The notes beneath the pieces are model-generated. The model saw only the letters and a program-made list of their open reading frames with translations, was not told the origin of the DNA and ran no database searches. A program made the translations under genes and the position numbers. 53,519 nucleotides of DNA from a virus (Duplodnaviria; Caudoviricetes): the IMG/VR virus record IMGVR_UViG_3300020193_000033, positions 1 to 53,519 of that record; one strand, written 5' to 3'. Below are positions 1 to 8,584 of this stretch, one piece after another (position 1 is the first letter of the stretch; each line of letters opens with the position of its first letter).

Positions 1-256
1 AATTTGTGCAAGACGCTGTCACGGAAGTTCCTGCGTCAACTGTTGCAATAAATCGTAGTGCGTCTGCGGCATCTACCGTGTTATCCGCAGGCACTGGCAA
101 TGCAGCAGGTGTAGAAATAACGGACGCAGTTGTATTAGCGGTTCCATCTAGAGCTACAGCGACTGTCATTACAGCAGCACTTGCAGGTGTTGCGATAAAG
201 GTGCTCAAGGTCATGGCTGCAACCACGGCTAGAGCGATTTTCTTGAATGAATTCAT
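1..256 (-). CDS. Secreted surface/S-layer-like protein, N-terminal part (runs off the window)
   Basis: Translated by hand: MNSFKKIALAVVAAMTLSTFIATPASA-AVMTVAVALDGT..., a Sec signal peptide with an AxA site. GGAG RBS upstream; frame open to position 1. Confidence 0.8.
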   Translation of the reverse strand, partial: MNSFKKIALAVVAAMTLSTFIATPASAAVMTVAVALDGTANTTASVISTPAALPVPADNTVDAADALRFIATVDAGTSVTASCTN

Positions 257-338
257 TTTTCTCCTTGTTCTGTTATTCATCATATAAGTTTATATTCTAT
301 CAGGAAATCTCTAACATCGTCAGGATGGGTAGAGGCCA

Positions 339-590
339 TTAGTTGTCTTCTTCTCCATCTTCCCAACCAATTTTCCTAATTGGGTCGTCGGTAGGAACTA
401 TCCAATCGGGATGAGAGCTGCGATCCATAGCAAAAGCCAAAGCAGTTCCCTCATCCATCCCAGCTTTGCGACAAGCTTTATAAACTTCATTGGCAGCAAT
501 AGCCCAGAAATCAAGTCTTGTTAAAGGAATTTCTTTAGTAGTTCTACGCCTTTTAGGGCGTTTTTTACTTACGCGTTTTCTCGTTGTCAT
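339..590 (-). CDS. Hypothetical protein with basic N-terminus
   Basis: ORF overlapping the endolysin end; protein-like composition. Confidence 0.7.
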   Translation of the reverse strand: MTTRKRVSKKRPKRRRTTKEIPLTRLDFWAIAANEVYKACRKAGMDEGTALAFAMDRSSHPDWIVPTDDPIRKIGWEDGEEDN

Positions 591-1164
591 TTTTGACCCC
601 TTTCGCTAAGGTTAATTCTAGCGGCTTTCCACATGGGCATGTCTCCGCAGCTGCAGGGGATGTGCCTTTGAACTTAGGCCGACCAAATCCAACGATGGAT
701 ATTTGTACATTCTTTTTATTTTTCTTGTATGCACGTAGTTTTTTGCAAACCTCGCCCCCATTGCGTTGACTACCTTTGGAATCCCCAGAGGTGTTTCCTT
801 CTACGCACCACACAGTGCCGTCTTCATTGTCCTTAATGACAATACCGACGTGCGAAATGCGGTCTACCCCATCGGATGGGAAGTCAAAGTAAGCGATATC
901 TCCTGGCTCTGGGTCAGCAAGATCGCCGTCAATCCAAGCGTTCTTTTTCTTAAATGCTTGTGCGCCTGCGGGAGTGTATACCGTATTGGGTACCTTAACC
1001 CCCGCTTCATTAGCACACCACATAACAAAGCTTCCGCACCATGGTTGGAAGTTGGCTTTAGTAAAAGCGCCGTATTTGGTTTGATTATCTTTAGGACCTT
1101 CTACGGTACCAATCTCTGCCTTAGCAACTTCAATGAGGCGTTCTGCGGTTCCTTGCTCTGCCAT
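565..1164 (-). CDS. Endolysin, CHAP/NlpC-type amidase
   Basis: PWCGSFV catalytic Cys, PGDIAYFDF, SHVGIV catalytic His, VEGNTS motif. Confidence 0.9.
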   Translation of the reverse strand: MAEQGTAERLIEVAKAEIGTVEGPKDNQTKYGAFTKANFQPWCGSFVMWCANEAGVKVPNTVYTPAGAQAFKKKNAWIDGDLADPEPGDIAYFDFPSDGVDRISHVGIVIKDNEDGTVWCVEGNTSGDSKGSQRNGGEVCKKLRAYKKNKKNVQISIVGFGRPKFKGTSPAAAETCPCGKPLELTLAKGVKNDNEKTRK

Positions 1165-1541
1165 TAGTCTTTATCCCAATCCTCATCTACTGGCTGTGGT
1201 TTTGGGACTGCGCCATCTGGCTTTGCAAGTCTACGAGCTTTCGCGTCATCAATTTCGGCTTCTAACTTCTTATCAGCTAGCTGTGCTGCCATAATGTCTT
1301 TAGCACCAGACTGACCGATAAGAAGACCGGCGAGAGTTCCGGTAATGAATGTAGCTACGCTGCCTAGTACGTTGAAGAACATCTTGTCATTCTCTGACTG
1401 AGCTCCAATAGGTTGCGTAACAAATAAAAGGCCATAGAGAATTCCTATAGCAGTAAAAAATAATATAGAGCCTAGAGTAATACCTAGAATAAACTTTAAT
1501 CTAGCTTCTAGTTCTTGGGGGGTTAGTCTTTCTTTAGCCAT
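1164..1541 (-). CDS. Two-TM membrane protein in the lysis operon
   Basis: Start refined to MAKERLTPQ after an AAGGA RBS; two long hydrophobic segments; stop/start coupled to the endolysin. Confidence 0.75.
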   Translation of the reverse strand: MAKERLTPQELEARLKFILGITLGSILFFTAIGILYGLLFVTQPIGAQSENDKMFFNVLGSVATFITGTLAGLLIGQSGAKDIMAAQLADKKLEAEIDDAKARRLAKPDGAVPKPQPVDEDWDKD

Positions 1542-1731
1542 TTGATGTTCCTTCTTGTTTAACACCTAAGTCTGAGGGACAAGTCCCACTAGCGGTGCAT
1601 ACGGGTGGTTTACATTCTGCTTTTTCCCAGTTAGCTGGGTCTTGGCATGGGTAGCGGAAATGTCCGTCGTATCCACATCCAGACAAAAGCACTAATGATA
1701 GTCCGGCAAGGACTAGTCTACTCTTCTTCAT
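1534..1731 (-). CDS. Small Cys-rich lipoprotein
   Basis: Basic N-terminus, hydrophobic core, lipobox LLSG-C; four further Cys. Confidence 0.8.
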   Translation of the reverse strand: MKKSRLVLAGLSLVLLSGCGYDGHFRYPCQDPANWEKAECKPPVCTASGTCPSDLGVKQEGTSNG

Positions 1732-1781
1732 TCTTTGGATTCTACCATTTTCCTCGTCTCCTTACTAGCCTTCTTTTGGTG

Positions 1782-1787
1782 TAGTAT
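1782..1787 (+). promoter_or_regulatory. Leaderless -10 element
   Basis: TAGTAT exactly 6 nt before ATG 1794. Confidence 0.5.
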
Positions 1788-1793
1788 TGGAAG

Positions 1794-1973
1794 ATGATTT
1801 TGTGGACTGATTTTATTGCCCTTGCACTGGTGACTCTGGTTGTTGTTCTGTTTCCTCAGATACGTCGACTGGAGCCTCAGGCTCCGAAGTTTCTTCGGAT
1901 TCCGATGAGGGTTCTTCCATATCTGTTGGGGATTCTGTGGGCTTTGATGGTTCTTTTGTGGGCGAGTCAGTAG
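1794..1973 (+). CDS. 59-aa two-TM protein (overprinted)
   Basis: MILWTDFIALALVTLVVVLF...YLLGILWALMVLLWASQ; leaderless start; its stop abuts the next ATG. Confidence 0.55.
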   Translation: MILWTDFIALALVTLVVVLFPQIRRLEPQAPKFLRIPMRVLPYLLGILWALMVLLWASQ

Positions 1974-2342
1974 ATGAGTCTGTCGGTTGATTTGTGGAAG
2001 CTTCAGCAGGATCTTGAGGATTCTCTGTCTCGTCTGTATTGTCTGAAGGCGTGCTATCTTGAGGAGCATCCGATGACTCCTCTTCCGGATTTTGTGTTTC
2101 CTCTTCAGAAGATTCTTCAGGAGACTCTTATTGAGATTCCTCATCTGCAGGAGATTCGTCCTCAGGTTCGTCAAGCGATTGAGGATCTGCAGAAAGATCC
2201 TCAGCATCAGGAGTTGATGGCTCGTCTGGCTGAGGCGGAACTACGGGATCCTGGGGTTGCTGAGGCTCGGGCCGAGAAGGCTCGGAAGGAGCTGGTTCGG
2301 TTGGAGGAACAGGTTGAAGTGTTGGGTCCGTGGAAAGATTAG
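1974..2342 (+). CDS. Helical hypothetical protein (overprinted)
   Basis: TAG-ATG junction with the upstream ORF; amphipathic helical pattern. Confidence 0.55.
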   Translation: MSLSVDLWKLQQDLEDSLSRLYCLKACYLEEHPMTPLPDFVFPLQKILQETLIEIPHLQEIRPQVRQAIEDLQKDPQHQELMARLAEAELRDPGVAEARAEKARKELVRLEEQVEVLGPWKD

Positions 2343-2351
2343 GAGAAGTGG

Positions 2352-2660
2352 ATGAATCAACAGGAGTTTGAGGAGTTGTGGAAGGTTGAGTTGGAGAAGG
2401 CTCGGAAGATTGTGGAGGAGTGGTCGGCGCAGGGCTCTGAGGATTTGTTGATTGAGAAGATTATTGAGCAGGAGGAGTTTGAGAGGGAGCAGGTACAGGA
2501 GTCGGTTCGCTTGGCGGTGTCGACGGCTGTTGAAGCTTTGGCTAAACTACAGGTGTTGAAAGCGCAGATACAGAAGAACGCAGTTACAGAAGAGGGTGTC
2601 ATCTTTAAAGAAGAACCCTACGCAGAACGCTTAAAGTATATGGAAGAGAACGGAATATAG
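2352..2660 (+). CDS. Acidic coiled-coil protein (overprinted)
   Basis: AGGAG RBS at 2341-2345; stays open across 2540-2610, where the antisense relic has four stops. Confidence 0.65.
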   Translation: MNQQEFEELWKVELEKARKIVEEWSAQGSEDLLIEKIIEQEEFEREQVQESVRLAVSTAVEALAKLQVLKAQIQKNAVTEEGVIFKEEPYAERLKYMEENGI

Positions 2661-2752
2661 TGAGCATTAAGGAGATGAATTCGTTGACGATGTTGCTGAT
2701 GTCTGAAATTTACTGTGATTGGTTGTTGGAGTTCGAATTAGAGTCGGAGTAG
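2660..2752 (+). CDS. 30-aa peptide (overprinted)
   Basis: GTG overlapping the upstream TAG (TAGTG). Confidence 0.35.
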   Translation: MSIKEMNSLTMLLMSEIYCDWLLEFELESE

Positions 2753-2767
2753 ATACGGAGGTTTAAG

Positions 2768-2962
2768 ATGGACTTTCAGTCAGTGTGGATGTGGGGTTGG
2801 ACGTTGTATTGCTTGGCGACTGGGATTGTGATTGGGTGGATATGGGGGTCGCAACAGTCGCGGACGAAGTTGGAAGAGGAGTTGAAATGGAAGAAGGCGA
2901 GGGTGTTGGCTCTGGAGTTGGACTTGGAGAGGGCGAACTCTAAGTGGTTGTGGAAAGAGTAG
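2768..2962 (+). CDS. Single-TM plus coiled-coil small protein (overprinted)
   Basis: GGAGG RBS at 2757-2761; N-terminal TM then a charged helix. Confidence 0.6.
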   Translation: MDFQSVWMWGWTLYCLATGIVIGWIWGSQQSRTKLEEELKWKKARVLALELDLERANSKWLWKE

Positions 2963-2965
2963 GAG

Positions 2966-3127
2966 ATGGAGCAGACGCTGTGGTTTTTGTTGGGCTTGGG
3001 GTTGGGTTTGGCTCTGGACTTGCCGTTGGTGTGGGTGATGCTGAAGCCTCTGAAGAAGAGGGTGTTGGCGCTGGAGGTTCAGCAGCGTAAACAGGAAGCA
3101 TCATTATGGCGTAGAGCGCAAAACTAA
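2966..3127 (+). CDS. Single-TM plus coiled-coil small protein (overprinted)
   Basis: MEQTLWFLLGLGLGLALDLPLVWVMLKPLKKRVLALEVQQ...; shares RVLALE with the upstream ORF. Confidence 0.55.
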   Translation: MEQTLWFLLGLGLGLALDLPLVWVMLKPLKKRVLALEVQQRKQEASLWRRAQN

Positions 3128-3244
3128 TGAAAAATGTTATTTTATTGTAACGACCTCTTAAGTTAATAATATTTTAGCAAGACATACTGTGCTGCATGTA
3201 TCATAGTTTGCACACACACCACTAAACACTGCGCAGGAGTTTAA

Positions 3245-3505
3245 ATGTCAGCACTAGATTGGGTTGGAATCATCACCGGGGTAGTTACAATCGTAACTGC
3301 TGTATATATTGCATTTAAAAAATTTAATCAGTATCTAATTAAAGAATACCTGAGCGAACTAAAACCAAATAATGGTAGCAGCCTATCTGACAAGGTTAAG
3401 TTGGAGATTCTCCCTATGTTGATAGAAATCAAGTCAGAATTGGCTGAACTTCGGGGTAGATTTGATCAGCACGTCGTCCAGCAGATCGAACAAACTAAGG
3501 ATTAG
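3245..3505 (+). CDS. Single-TM membrane protein next to the holin
   Basis: AGGAG RBS; TM helix then ELKPNNGSSL, a motif common in actinophage lysis-region membrane proteins. Confidence 0.75.
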   Translation: MSALDWVGIITGVVTIVTAVYIAFKKFNQYLIKEYLSELKPNNGSSLSDKVKLEILPMLIEIKSELAELRGRFDQHVVQQIEQTKD

Positions 3506-3568
3506 CCTGACGTTACACCCCTTTTAGGGCACCATTAGTAGTCTAGGACCCTCCTAGAAAGGATTAAA

Positions 3569-3835
3569 ATGGACAAGAAACAATTACAGGCTATGCTCGC
3601 ATCGTATGGGCGCTCATTCCTAGCAGCAGCTCTTGCGGTATGGCAAGTCGGAGAAATTACAGACATTAAAGGAATCATTGCAGCAGGTCTTGCAGCTGTC
3701 GTACCAGTAGCAGCACGTGCAATCAATCCAAAGGATCCGGCCTTCGGTATCGTAAATGCTATTCTTCCTGAAGTAGAGAAGCAACTCGCTGGTATCATCG
3801 AAGATTCAAAGAAGAAAGCAAAGAAAAAGAAATGA
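3569..3835 (+). CDS. Holin (actinophage type)
   Basis: SYGRSFLAAALAV...AGLAAVVPVAARAINPKDPAFG; two TM segments and a basic C-tail. Hairpin TCTAGGA-CCC-TCCTAGA abuts the RBS. Confidence 0.75.
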   Translation: MDKKQLQAMLASYGRSFLAAALAVWQVGEITDIKGIIAAGLAAVVPVAARAINPKDPAFGIVNAILPEVEKQLAGIIEDSKKKAKKKK

Positions 3836-4017
3836 GTAAGTCATTACCATATTCTTCTTCTCCCAACATTAGTGCAGGGGCAATTAAAGCTGAACCTGTT
3901 GTAGAAAAACCTTTAGTTAATAGCGATGGTTTTCCAATCGCACCCACAGTTGCACCTGAACCAGTGGTAGAAGGAGCAGTGGAAGAAGAAAAGAAAACTA
4001 TTAAGAAGAAGGCGTAA
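3832..4017 (+). CDS. Small hypothetical protein
   Basis: ATGA overlap with the holin stop. Confidence 0.6.
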   Translation: MSKSLPYSSSPNISAGAIKAEPVVEKPLVNSDGFPIAPTVAPEPVVEGAVEEEKKTIKKKA

Positions 4018-4024
4018 CTAACAA

Positions 4025-4567
4025 ATGCCATCATCACATCAAAACTGGCAGTACTTAGGCGCTAGTGGTTACATTGGCGCCTACACCACCACCGGTGGTG
4101 GAGGTACGCCTATAGTTACTCGTAGCGTAATGGACTCGCTACGCATTGGTGTGGGAAAAACTCCTTCTGCAGAATACCCTGACGGTTACCTAGGAACTAT
4201 TCGTTCTCGTCGTGATGATAGAGGAAAACCTTACGCAGTATCAGACGTTGTTTTAGATTCTCTCAAGGCTAGACAAAACCAACGTGGATATCAGCGTGGA
4301 GTTCATAAAGGTGAACGTATTGATCTTGGGGATTACGCATGGCCAGAAGGATTAGAGCCTGATCGTAGACTTAACGTAAGAGTAAAGCCTGTAGATAATG
4401 GTGGAGGCATAAGCTATATGGTTAAACGCAACGCCCCTAACTCTATGCTTGCTCCAGCACCTCACTTAGTCAATGATGGTAAAGCAAACATTTCTGCCAA
4501 TGTCCCTGTGGAGTTTAATACAAAACTTGCCGGACATTTTAATCATTTAAGGCCTAGGTGGAACTAA
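4025..4567 (+). CDS. Hypothetical phage protein
   Basis: 180-aa ORF in a tightly packed operon. Confidence 0.75.
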   Translation: MPSSHQNWQYLGASGYIGAYTTTGGGGTPIVTRSVMDSLRIGVGKTPSAEYPDGYLGTIRSRRDDRGKPYAVSDVVLDSLKARQNQRGYQRGVHKGERIDLGDYAWPEGLEPDRRLNVRVKPVDNGGGISYMVKRNAPNSMLAPAPHLVNDGKANISANVPVEFNTKLAGHFNHLRPRWN

Positions 4568-5298
4568 TGGGGGTATCAGGAAATCCAGCAAAAAGGGGCA
4601 ATAATAAAAAAACCCCCAAGGCCAAAAAGTCTGAAGCAGTAGCCAAAAGTCCATACGCTGATTTGCCAAAAGCAGAGCCTTTGCAAAGTAAAGAACAATT
4701 TGATCAAATTATGAACAAAGTTCATACCCGACCATCTTCTGCTAAGCCACGCCCAGTAGATGAAGAAGGTATTCCATATTTAACTAACAAAGACATTGCT
4801 ACATTGTACGGAGTACATGTCGATACCGCAAAAGAATATACGCATACACGAGAAGTTCCACATATAGTAGAGCAGCACGGACTAGGACGTCAAACAGAGG
4901 GAAAAGATCCTTTTAACGTAGACCCCCTGCAGCGCGGAACACGCACTTGGCACAGACTTAGTGAAGTAGTTGACTTTTTAAATGATAGAGGCCATCTTAT
5001 GGGACAAACAGCAGCTAACCATTTGGCTGAACAGAGAGAGATTATTAGAAAGAAAAAAGCTGCAGGAGAAGTAGTACCTACGCTGCACGATAATCCTGTT
5101 CATCCAAATTTGGCAAGTCGCATGATTCGTTTCCCGACCGGACGACGAAAGACGGAGTCTCTTACGCCTCCGGATTCTTCACGTGGAGAGTCTTTTGAAG
5201 CCGGAAAGTTTACATCTAATGTTTTAGATGCGATAGCGTCTGGATCTGGAAAGATTGGAAATACTGTAGACTCTAGAAGAAAGAGACGTAAGAAGTGA
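4567..5298 (+). CDS. Basic protein with possible HTH
   Basis: TAATG coupling; YLTNKDIATLYGVHVDTAKEY resembles an excisionase/MerR-type HTH; basic termini. Confidence 0.6.
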   Translation: MGVSGNPAKRGNNKKTPKAKKSEAVAKSPYADLPKAEPLQSKEQFDQIMNKVHTRPSSAKPRPVDEEGIPYLTNKDIATLYGVHVDTAKEYTHTREVPHIVEQHGLGRQTEGKDPFNVDPLQRGTRTWHRLSEVVDFLNDRGHLMGQTAANHLAEQREIIRKKKAAGEVVPTLHDNPVHPNLASRMIRFPTGRRKTESLTPPDSSRGESFEAGKFTSNVLDAIASGSGKIGNTVDSRRKRRKK

Positions 5299-5642
5299 TG
5301 CAAGATGGAGTCTATGATCATACTAAGCCAAGGGACATAGTTGATAACGGACCAAAAATCCGGTATGACTACATGGGTCCTTTTGAGGACACCCGGGATG
5401 CCCTTATCAGTCGCGCCCTAATTTCTGTAACTTTGCCTTCTGCTATGGTTCAAGACATTGTGCGGCCCAACTTGCCGCAGGTTCAATTATTTCGTCCAAA
5501 GTTTGGATATAGAACCGAAGAACTTAGTATTATGGACATAATTGATGTAAATATCGAATACTCACCCACCAGAACTGACTATTCACAGTCCCCGACCTCT
5601 TATCAAGGTACTTCAAGAAACGTAAGCGAATCCGTATGGTAG
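5295..5642 (+). CDS. Hypothetical protein
   Basis: Overlapping start/stop in the operon. Confidence 0.65.
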   Translation: MMQDGVYDHTKPRDIVDNGPKIRYDYMGPFEDTRDALISRALISVTLPSAMVQDIVRPNLPQVQLFRPKFGYRTEELSIMDIIDVNIEYSPTRTDYSQSPTSYQGTSRNVSESVW

Positions 5643-5803
5643 AGGAAATCAGCACTACAACTATCTATGATGGTAGTAAACTATGCAGTAGGTGTGGAAA
5701 CATTATGAATCCAATCATGGTTCTATACGGAGACGGCAAAATATGCTCCAACTGTAGGAACTTTAAGTATGAGTCTGCACGGAAAGGAGCTATGAGTGGC
5801 TGA
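5636..5803 (+). CDS. 55-aa zinc-ribbon protein
   Basis: Not in the ORF track; CSRC...CSNC; fills the gap with overlaps on both sides. Confidence 0.6.
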   Translation: MVEEISTTTIYDGSKLCSRCGNIMNPIMVLYGDGKICSNCRNFKYESARKGAMSG

Positions 5804-6071
5804 GCAACCCAAGCGTGTTAAAGCGTATAAGCCTGCCGTAGCTCGCAAACCTAGGACTACGACAGGTGTTAAATATAACTCTGTGGGTAGCACCTGGGAA
5901 AAGAAGCCCGCTGGACGTTGGGTAGGACAACAATCCTCTTCTTTGAACCCAGGGTCTTCATCCGCACGACAGCGTAGAATCTACCGCGCTACCGGACTGA
6001 AGTCTAGAACTAGGAAGGTTATTCGCCCTAGAATTATGCGAAAACAGATTAGAAGGGATGTAAAGTCGTAA
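5796..6071 (+). CDS. Arg/Lys-rich protein
   Basis: AAGGAG RBS, GTG start; very basic. Confidence 0.65.
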   Translation: MAEQPKRVKAYKPAVARKPRTTTGVKYNSVGSTWEKKPAGRWVGQQSSSLNPGSSSARQRRIYRATGLKSRTRKVIRPRIMRKQIRRDVKS

Positions 6072-6232
6072 TGGCGGTCGTTAGACGAGATAAAAAGGTA
6101 TTTACACGTAATACTATGGACGTAGAAAGCCCTCTCAAGAGTGCCAGGGTCGTTCCTTTAAAGGTTAAGACCGCAGCAGACAAAGAGAAGGAAAAACAGG
6201 CTAAGAAAAAGAAACAAGCCGGGAAGAAGTAG
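6071..6232 (+). CDS. 53-aa Lys-rich protein
   Basis: TAATG coupling; MAVVRRDKK...AKKKKQAGKK. Confidence 0.6.
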   Translation: MAVVRRDKKVFTRNTMDVESPLKSARVVPLKVKTAADKEKEKQAKKKKQAGKK

Positions 6233-6234
6233 AC

Positions 6235-6543
6235 ATGTTTAGACGTGAACGAGATGCTCGTAGAACAGCTAAGTCTATTCGCACACACGAAGAGACCATG
6301 GGGGCTTATAAGAGAACTGTTACCCCAGATTACGATCCAAACAGGCCGCCAACTGATTACAGCGAACCTGAGGTATATGTAGCCAATCTTGGGGAGCGTC
6401 CTACCAAGAAAAACCCTGATCCCGTACAAAAAGGAGACATTATGGCTAGATCTCCTAGACCAAATGATTCTCAGGGAAGAAAACAACCAGCCAAGTATTT
6501 TAAAAATAATGTACGTAAAGTAGAAAAATGGGAGAAACAATAA
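6235..6543 (+). CDS. Basic hypothetical protein
   Basis: Operon packing. Confidence 0.65.
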   Translation: MFRRERDARRTAKSIRTHEETMGAYKRTVTPDYDPNRPPTDYSEPEVYVANLGERPTKKNPDPVQKGDIMARSPRPNDSQGRKQPAKYFKNNVRKVEKWEKQ

Positions 6544-6824
6544 TGGCAACTAACGAATCACGTTCACTAAATCAAAGTTTAGACGAAGGTGCTACTGACG
6601 GCAAGTATCGTAAGGTTCGTCCAAATACCACTGTTTCTCCTGGCATGGGAGATGAGATCATGAAGGCTAATCGTCGTGATCTTAATCCATACTGGAACTA
6701 TGATTATATTGATCAAGAAGATCCTTCTAAAGTTAATCCGCTTAAGAAAACTTCTGGCGGTTCTTCTCCACGAGTAGACAACGTAGCTGATACCGAGAAT
6801 AACAAGATGGGAGCTACATACTAG
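6543..6824 (+). CDS. Hypothetical protein
   Basis: GGAG RBS, TAATG coupling; start refined to MATNESRS. Confidence 0.7.
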   Translation: MATNESRSLNQSLDEGATDGKYRKVRPNTTVSPGMGDEIMKANRRDLNPYWNYDYIDQEDPSKVNPLKKTSGGSSPRVDNVADTENNKMGATY

Positions 6825-6825
6825 G

Positions 6826-7200
6826 ATGGATGATATGGGCACACCGGGCCCAAACCATCCAGCTCGTAAAGGACTTGCGCCCACAAATGTAACGCCTCTT
6901 CCTGGTATGAAGATGCGTAGGTTTCGTACCAATAAAAATAAACTAAAAGATTATCTTTTTGGCGCAGAGCAAGTAGAGTACGACACCCCCAAGTCAGACG
7001 ATGGCCCTTTTGTTACAGAGGCCGAATCCCCGTTAGCAAAGCACATTCAAGAGTCTATTAAAAACTCAGGTCTGGAAGGGCTAGAAAAGATGACACGGGG
7101 AGAACACTTTACTGCTGGTGAACAAGAAGCCAAGATTATCTCTATGGGTAAGTATGCAGAAGAGCGTAACATGAGAAAGATGGAGAAATCAAATGACTAA
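6826..7200 (+). CDS. Hypothetical protein
   Basis: Operon packing. Confidence 0.65.
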   Translation: MDDMGTPGPNHPARKGLAPTNVTPLPGMKMRRFRTNKNKLKDYLFGAEQVEYDTPKSDDGPFVTEAESPLAKHIQESIKNSGLEGLEKMTRGEHFTAGEQEAKIISMGKYAEERNMRKMEKSND

Positions 7201-7438
7201 CGTTCCACGCCGTGATAGTAATCGTCCGGGATTTGCTCCAAGTAAAAAAATTACAGCTGCCGATATTATGGCTGATATTGCACGCCGTGCTGCTTTGCCT
7301 AAAGATCATCCAGAATATGCAATTGATGATGCTTCCGGTTCGGAAACCACTGGAGTTATGGGAATTAGAGATAGCAAAAAGTTACGTGCTAATGCGGCAG
7401 AATTAACTAGAGTAAAACGACGATCAAAGAAGAAATAA
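7193..7438 (+). CDS. Basic hypothetical protein
   Basis: GGAG RBS. Confidence 0.65.
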   Translation: MTNVPRRDSNRPGFAPSKKITAADIMADIARRAALPKDHPEYAIDDASGSETTGVMGIRDSKKLRANAAELTRVKRRSKKK

Positions 7439-8563
7439 ATGGCAAAAGATGTCGTAAAATCTAGTTCAGGATCTTCTAAATTTGAACCTGTAAAAATTGA
7501 ACCAACATCTGCAGAATTAGAGCAGCAAGGCGCATCCATTGTTCAAGGTTTATCTGAAACTGTGCATCCTGGTGGTACAAAACGCAGAGTAATTGGCATA
7601 CCTGAAGAGACTAAGGTTGATGACTATACTGGAGAGTTGACTGAACCTAATTTTGATTACTTAGATAAGCTTATGCGCAATAGGCCTGAGGTATCACGAC
7701 CTATACCTTGCGAACATGCCGGTACAAGACACCTAGGAACTGCTAGCCATTTTATTAAAGTTCCAGGGCGAGAAATGCACATGCCTGTTTGCGACCGACA
7801 TCTAGAAGCTGTCAACAGGAGTAGAGAGACAACACCTATTCCACTTACGCCTTCGCCCGCTAGTGAATATATGGGTGGAGAAGAATTTGCTAGTTATCCT
7901 ATTGTAAAAGAGGACTTACTTCATTATCGCATCCATCGTGCTAAAGAAAAAAAGCGTGGAGAGTTTAGGGATGAAAAGTTTGCTCAATCTGCTGGCGCTA
8001 CTCCGTGGACCGGAAGAAAGAAATCTACGCATGGCCCAGGAAGAGCACCTAGACCTAGGACTGCTGGTGACGAATTAAACGACGCAGACTGGAAAGCAAT
8101 GGTAGATGCTGGTATGAAAGCCCCACTAGCTACCCCAGCAGAGATAATCTCTCGTGCAAGAGAGGGTGGTGGACGTTCTAAAGTTCATATTGCACACCAA
8201 GCATTACTACATTCATTAAGCACTGCAGAAGACGGTTCTGTAGAACCTCACGCCCCAACATACTTTATGAGAGCTGGGAGTTTAGGATTAAATGCCGAAG
8301 AAGCAAAATCATTAATAGTTCCGGCTATTGCACACCACCGAAGAATAAACAAAACTACGTCCTTTGTTCCTGCACCGCCCCCAGCTACTCAATTTAAGAA
8401 AGTTGCTGAAGAGGATTTCCTTGCTCCAAAGCGCACTGAAACTCTGGCTAAACTGGCTGGTCTACAGCCTAGAACCCCCGACTCTCCCGCTCCAGAACTT
8501 ATGCAACCAGGACTTCCTGCACCCTCTCAAGGTAAAAAGAAGCGGGATACACGAAGCGAGTAA
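7439..8563 (+). CDS. Pro-rich basic protein with a Cys/His site
   Basis: 374-aa ORF; CEH...VCDRH putative Zn site. Confidence 0.7.
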   Translation: MAKDVVKSSSGSSKFEPVKIEPTSAELEQQGASIVQGLSETVHPGGTKRRVIGIPEETKVDDYTGELTEPNFDYLDKLMRNRPEVSRPIPCEHAGTRHLGTASHFIKVPGREMHMPVCDRHLEAVNRSRETTPIPLTPSPASEYMGGEEFASYPIVKEDLLHYRIHRAKEKKRGEFRDEKFAQSAGATPWTGRKKSTHGPGRAPRPRTAGDELNDADWKAMVDAGMKAPLATPAEIISRAREGGGRSKVHIAHQALLHSLSTAEDGSVEPHAPTYFMRAGSLGLNAEEAKSLIVPAIAHHRRINKTTSFVPAPPPATQFKKVAEEDFLAPKRTETLAKLAGLQPRTPDSPAPELMQPGLPAPSQGKKKRDTRSE

Positions 8564-8584
8564 TTTACCTGCTAGGATAACTAC

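Larger units (their letters stand above)
1762..3161 (-). pseudogene. Relic of a long secreted Pro/Ser/Thr/Glu-rich protein
   Basis: Minus frames read signal-like KITFFISFALYAIMMLPVYA-AEPPAPTPSSSEASASPTPT... then PSEPTPVP...EESSEEETQNPEEE. Ten internal stops, one frame change near 2660, and no start codon in front of the signal-like segment. Confidence 0.65.

Noticed and set aside
6-287. 93-aa plus ORF
   Set aside because: Antisense shadow of the signal-peptide gene on the minus strand.
1728-2207. 159-aa L/Q/R/N-rich minus ORF in the track
   Set aside because: Off-frame shadow of the low-complexity relic; no RBS and an unnatural composition.
1762-3161. Stop-codon reassignment to explain the in-frame stops in the Pro-rich minus frame
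   Set aside because: TAA, TAG and TGA all end conserved genes normally elsewhere (capsid TAA, scaffold TAG, TGT-like TGA). The relic contains all three stop types and a frameshift.
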